Assembly: GCA_043228905.1 (NCBI GenBank)
Contig: JBHGNT010000010.1
Location: 1,054,001 to 1,118,000 of the forward strand
Source of the DNA: Azolla caroliniana
Lineage: Eukaryota > Plantae > Polypodiophyta
Length of the DNA: 64,000 nt
Reading direction: 5' to 3'
In this document: positions 59,401 through 64,000 of the stretch, piece after piece
How the letters are laid out: each line of letters opens with the position of its first letter
Position numbering within the stretch: position 1 is the first letter of the stretch
Translations under genes and position numbers: made by a program
Notes under the pieces: generated by a model
What the model was told of the DNA's origin: nothing
Databases searched by the model: none
The model's input: the letters and a program-made list of their open reading frames with translations, nothing else

Positions 59401-60749
59401 CTTCGCTCCGGTAGCTAAGATGACGACGGTTCGTGTGGTGCTGGCGGTTGCTGCAGCAGGAGGGTGGCATCTTCACCAGATAGATGTGAAGAATGCGTTT
59501 CTTTAGGGTGATCTTGATGAAGAAGTCTTTATGACTCCGCCCCCCGGTTTTCAATCGGAGATGAATAAGTCGGCGGTATGCCGGTTGAAGAAGTCGTTGT
59601 ATGGCTAGAAGCAAGCCGCTCGAGCTTGGAATGCGAAGATCACGCACCAGTTGCATAAGATGGGGTTTGCGGCCTCCAAGTCCGACTCTTCGTTGTTCAT
59701 TTGGCAAGGCTCAGCCGGTCTGGTATGTATCCTTTTGTATGTTGATGATTTAGTCATCACCAAACTGGGTCTTCCAGAAGTCAACCGCGTCAAGTCCCAG
59801 TTGTCGGACGCATTTGAGATGAAGGACCTAGGGGACCTTCATTATTTTCTTGGGATCGAGGTGATCGGAACTCCCGACGGCATATTGCTCTCACAACGAC
59901 ATTACGTCTTGAATATGTTGTACAAGTTCGGCATGACAGAATGCCGACCTGTCTCCACACCCTTGGACTGGAACTAGAAGCTTCGTCCCAACTCCGGACC
60001 GGCCTGCAACGAGAAACGGTTCCGACAAATTGTCGGAAGCCTTATTTACTTGACTATCACGCGACCCGACATCAGCTATCCGGTCGGATTGATAAGTCTG
60101 TTCATGCAAAAGCCGACCGTGGAGCACCTTCAGTGCGCGCAACGGATACTGCGATATGTAAGCGACATGAAAGACCGGGGCCTGTTATACCGGCGGGGTA
60201 TACCCGAAGAGCTGGTTAGTTACACAGATGCCGACTGGGCCGGAGATGCATCATATCGCTGATCAACCTCCGGTTACATGTTTTCCCTACGTAGCGCGGC
60301 TGTTGCGTGGAGCAGCAAAAAGCAGCCAACAGTTGTTTTGTCGAGCACTGAGGCTGAGTATCGGGGCACTACCATTCCCGCCTGTGAAGCCATTTGGCTT
60401 TGGCGACTGCTGGAAGACCTACGGATCGAGGTACCGACCCTGATTCTAGTCTACTGCGACAACATAAGCAACATGCAACTCGCCAAGATCCCTGTATTCC
60501 ATGCTCGCACAAAGCATATAGAAGTGCACTATCACTTCGTGCGTGAGCATGTCCTGAGCGGTGAGGTCAAACTTCGGTATGTTCACACGGATTGGTGAGC
60601 AACCAAGCCGGCAAGCAGTAGAGCTAGTGAGCTGGGGAGCCGGTTAGCCGGATCCAATCAGTAACCTGAAGCCTAGTATTAGTTTAGACTACTAGGCAGT
60701 TATAGTCTCGTAGCAAGTGTCAGATGCTCGTGTGAGCATTGAAGTACGC
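56495..60749 (+). mobile_element. Degenerate Copia 'I' (same family as 52-1298): 5' LTR 56495-56858, PBS 56859-56869, gag-pol relic 56952-60598, partial 3' LTR from ~60596 interrupted at 60749
   Basis: TGGTATCAGAG PBS; KLDRSNYASW, CWYCGKKGHRESEC, WYVDSSASNHMT, YVDDL, YTDADWAG and STEAEY; many stops and frameshifts. Confidence 0.93.
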
Positions 60750-62736
60750 TGTCGTGAAGAATTTCGGCCAGAGGCGGAAACCGGGGAACCTTGGCTACAT
60801 CGGCGGGGTGGAGTGTGTGTACGCACCCGTGTACATTTACTGTGCATATCGAGGGCGCCTTTATGGCGCCGAAGAGTAGTCAAGCCGGGACAGAAGATCC
60901 CATGTAAGTCAGGATTTGTCCCACATTGTAACACATCTCTTTCGTTGTTCTATAAAAGGAAGGGAACGCCCTTTGTGTAAGGGTGCCCATTTTGCAATAG
61001 AGGGTATACAATTAGGTTTAGAGTTAGGTTCTTCTTCTTCTCCTTCTGCGTGTTTCGCTTAGGGTTTGCTTGGTTCGGCCTCCTGTGCAAGACCCCGCTC
61101 GGCGCGACGAGCTGAGAGCTCCCCGACAGCGGCTTGACAGCAGACGACTACTGTAACCTACGTCAGTCCGGTTAGACGCCAGGAATGTATTCTTCCCTTC
61201 ATATATATATATATATATATACGTTTGTCTGTGTATATTTGGGTCGCTGTTGGCGTCGGGTGCTTACTCTTTCCTGCGTTTTCTGTACATAAGGCGTGAG
61301 TCGGGTTGTGTGCGTGTGCGTGTGCGTGTGCGTGAGTCGGTGTTAAGCACGCTCTCTCTCTCTCTCTCTCTCCCTTCGGTTGCTTCCGGTGTGTCTCTGG
61401 GATGCCCGAGAAACAGTGAAGCACGACTTCCTACGCTCCATCACTCTCTAGTCCATGACCCCCGTGATCCCGCCTTTCTCTATGCACGCGCGTAACAACG
61501 CGACATCTTTGGTGAACCCGACGTGAAAGGCGGCAAGGGAGGATGGAGTCGGAAGACGACGACCTTGCGGAGATGGTGGCCGAAGTGGTGTTGGAGTCGG
61601 CACGAGTGGTGATGAGGCGAGAAGCAGCGCAACAAGCGGTTGAGCGAGTGGTCGAAAGAGTCGGCCGTTTCAACGGGGACAAAGTCCCATCTTACTTGGA
61701 AGCCTACAACGCGGAAATGGAGGAGCGTGGTGTAGACGAGGCGTTGAGGCTGGAGTTCTTCTGTCGGGTCGTGGCTGTCCGGATGCATGCGGAAGTAAAG
61801 GAGCTCCGTGAGGCTCATAGTTCGTGGGGGGCCTTCGAAGAGGCGCTCCTGAAGGCGTACGGAGGACGGCGGAAGAGCCGGGGACGGCACGACTTCGACC
61901 AGTGGGTAGCATCGGCAAAGACCCACCGGGGTGAGACGAAGGCGTTCCGAGAGTTCGAGCGACGGCTTGCTCGGCTCCCAGAGCGGGAACAAGGTTTGGT
62001 GGGGGCGGACAAGGTCCTATTGTTCGTCAGGTCGATCGACCGAGCGGAACGCGAAGCCATCGGGATTGAGCTCGAAGACGATGATGGAGCGAATGGTCTT
62101 ACGGAGGACTGGTCGAAGGTCGGAAGGGTGTGCCAACGGCTAGACAACGAGCGAGCCGAGAAGGCTAAGAGGAAGGTATGCAACGACATGCCATCACAGC
62201 GGGAAGAGGCCGAACGGCAGAGAGAGTCGGCAAGGGTCGGCGTTGGGGCCAGGACTGCGGAGGCGTACGCAGCTCTCAAGGCGATGCTCGAGGAAGAGGA
62301 AAGACGGAGGCCGCAAGCCGAGACTGAGAAGACGGACTTGCCCCACGCGATGGCGGAAGATCGGTACGACGGTACGACGGGAGAGGGTGCGGAACGAAAC
62401 GCCCTCTCGACTTGTGGAGATAGAACGGCCAAGGACGAGGCCGAGATACAGATCGCGGAACCGGAATGTTGGGTCCAGCGGTTTCGGGCATGTCAGCCCG
62501 AGATCCCGGTCATTGGAGAAGCAAGCCCAGACGGGGCTTGCGCGATCGGTAAGAAGACGACCGCCGACCACGAAGAGTCGGTGGCTACGGACAAGGGCGT
62601 AAAACGGACGGGCGATTCTTTGTGTCTTCCCACACTTACTCCCGAGACGATGGCAGTCGGGCCCGAGTGCCCACGTGAGTCCCATGCGGAGGAAGACGGC
62701 GGAGAAGGGCCAAAAATTACCGGCGAGACGATACGG
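60750..62736 (+). mobile_element. Gypsy 'B' with tRNA-Trp PBS: 5' LTR 60750-61505, PBS 61510-61527, gag start
   Basis: TGTCG...CGACA LTR, PBS TGGTGAACCCGACGTGAA, and gag homologous to that of element A. Confidence 0.9.
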
Positions 62737-62769
62737 TGTCGGGATATTACGCAAGTGCGTGTGGAATAG
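61543..62769 (+). CDS. Gypsy Gag N-terminal/capsid-like region, truncated at 62736 by an LTR insertion
   Basis: VGRFNGDKVPSYLEAYNAEM aligns with IGRFSGEDATSYLEAYKSEM of element A. The last ~10 codons derive from the inserted LTR. Confidence 0.8.
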   Translation: MESEDDDLAEMVAEVVLESARVVMRREAAQQAVERVVERVGRFNGDKVPSYLEAYNAEMEERGVDEALRLEFFCRVVAVRMHAEVKELREAHSSWGAFEEALLKAYGGRRKSRGRHDFDQWVASAKTHRGETKAFREFERRLARLPEREQGLVGADKVLLFVRSIDRAEREAIGIELEDDDGANGLTEDWSKVGRVCQRLDNERAEKAKRKVCNDMPSQREEAERQRESARVGVGARTAEAYAALKAMLEEEERRRPQAETEKTDLPHAMAEDRYDGTTGEGAERNALSTCGDRTAKDEAEIQIAEPECWVQRFRACQPEIPVIGEASPDGACAIGKKTTADHEESVATDKGVKRTGDSLCLPTLTPETMAVGPECPRESHAEEDGGEGPKITGETIRCRDITQVRVE

Positions 62770-64000
62770 AGGCGGGACCGCGGGGGTCTCGAACCAAAGA
62801 GCAAGCGAGGGAGGAGAAAGAGAGAGAACCGGCTACGCAGGACCGGGGATACACAGGGACACGGCCCTTCAGCACGGAGAACGCGAACAGACACCGACAC
62901 AGACAGATGCGAATGACTAAATATGTGTATTAACAAAATGGCTAACACGACTACAACCCTCGATGGGGCACAGGTTGGTTGCAACCGAACAGGCCGGCGA
63001 ACAGATGCCGATGCCTGTTCGCTTCGACGCACAAACGGGGGAATGGGGGGGGGTAGCAGGTCGGAGGTGCTGCCGGAAGCACTCGGGCGTTCCTCGAAAC
63101 AGCGCGAGCCTCCTCGGAACCCTGCACAGAAAGCTATGGAGCTCAAGAAGGAAGGAAACAGAGAGAGCGAAGCGTCCAGAAACGGTCCGACAGCACTTCG
63201 TCCTCTCCGCGCGAGATCCCCCAACAGCTGTTTCCCGCTCCTTATATATATTGACGAGCAGGCCGTCGTGTCAGCTTTTATTCCCTGTCCCTTTTGGACA
63301 GGGATCCGCTCCGTTTTTCACGCATCCGCGTAGTTACGCCGCCGACTCGTACAGTTCGCGCGCGCGACCGAAAAGACTGTTCGCGCGGTCTTTGTCTCCA
63401 CTTGAGTTAGGGCCCGTTCCTGCCGATTATCCTCCTAATTCGCTTCTATGTACAACTTGGAGCGTGCGCGCGTGAAGAACCGGTTCCCACGCCTTGGTGC
63501 GCCGATTCCGCCTATGGACGGTTTTCTTCACGACATCCGCCCCCACCTAACCGCGCATCCTCCGGTATGCGCCAAGAGAGTTGGAACGGAGAAAACCGGC
63601 CCGTCTTCATTCCTCGCCCGTCGGTTGTTCCTCGTTTTCGGATCGTTCGTCACTGCTGTCTAGGAGAGCCGGGTCCGGCTTGTCGTCATGTCGCTTCTTG
63701 AACGCTTTGATCCGCTTCCCTGCAACCGGTATCGCCGCTCTCGTGCCGTCAAGTTCCGCCAGGTGATATGTCCCGTTGTCATTGGCGCTCCGTACCACGT
63801 AAGGCCCGAACCACCTTCGTGCGAACTTCCGTGTGGCTCGGTGCTGGTTGTCGAGGCTGCTGTCGTAGACGAGCACCCAGTCACCTTCTTCGATTTTCTT
63901 CGGTCGGAGCCGGTGCGTTCGGTCGAACCTGGCTTTGTTCCTTTTCCTCGCCACCCGGAGCTTCTCCGCAGCCAGTTCCACGTCCTCCGGTCTCCGCTCG
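62737..64000 (-). mobile_element. Gypsy 'C' (same lineage as A and B): integrase C-terminus 64000-63607, PPT, 3' LTR 63535-62737; continues beyond the window
   Basis: RLRPKKIEEGDWVLVYDSSLDN...WFGPY is nearly identical to element A. PPT GGTGGGGGCGGA is followed by TGTCGTGAAGA on the minus strand. Confidence 0.92.

Noticed and set aside
1-60598. Copia I (ending at YVHTD) and the fragment at 52-1298 as two halves of one element
   Set aside because: The order is wrong (3' half upstream), the LTRs differ clearly, and I has its own partial 3' LTR.
61510-61527. tRNA gene
   Set aside because: Only an 18-nt complement of a tRNA 3' end (a PBS), with no cloverleaf.

Overview
Eukaryotic land-plant nuclear DNA, probably from a non-seed plant such as a fern, lycophyte or bryophyte (inferred from TE types and gene style, not proven). 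The window has two compartments. (1) About 7-38 kb is a gene island with three host genes: a 17-exon class I trehalose-6-phosphate synthase (8118-14839, +), an intronless VQ-motif protein (18103-19140, +) and a 10-exon plastid-type ABCF/EttA-like ATPase (31285-22833, -). It is interspersed with MITEs (hAT, MULE), solo LTRs and LINE relics. (2) About 39-64 kb is a deeply nested pile of ten LTR-retrotransposon insertions, resolvable by LTR termini, PBS/PPT and target-site duplications (TSDs). It includes an intact young Tnt1/Tto1-like Copia (47305-52596), a sister copy with a different capsid region, an in-frame RT deletion and a 54-bp LTR array (40248-45303), and three related Gypsy elements, two of which show a tRNA-Trp primer-binding site. 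The window starts with a Copia 3' end whose pol reads through the usual PPT into a ~245-aa extension carrying a Cys/His motif. No rRNA, tRNA gene or CRISPR array was found.
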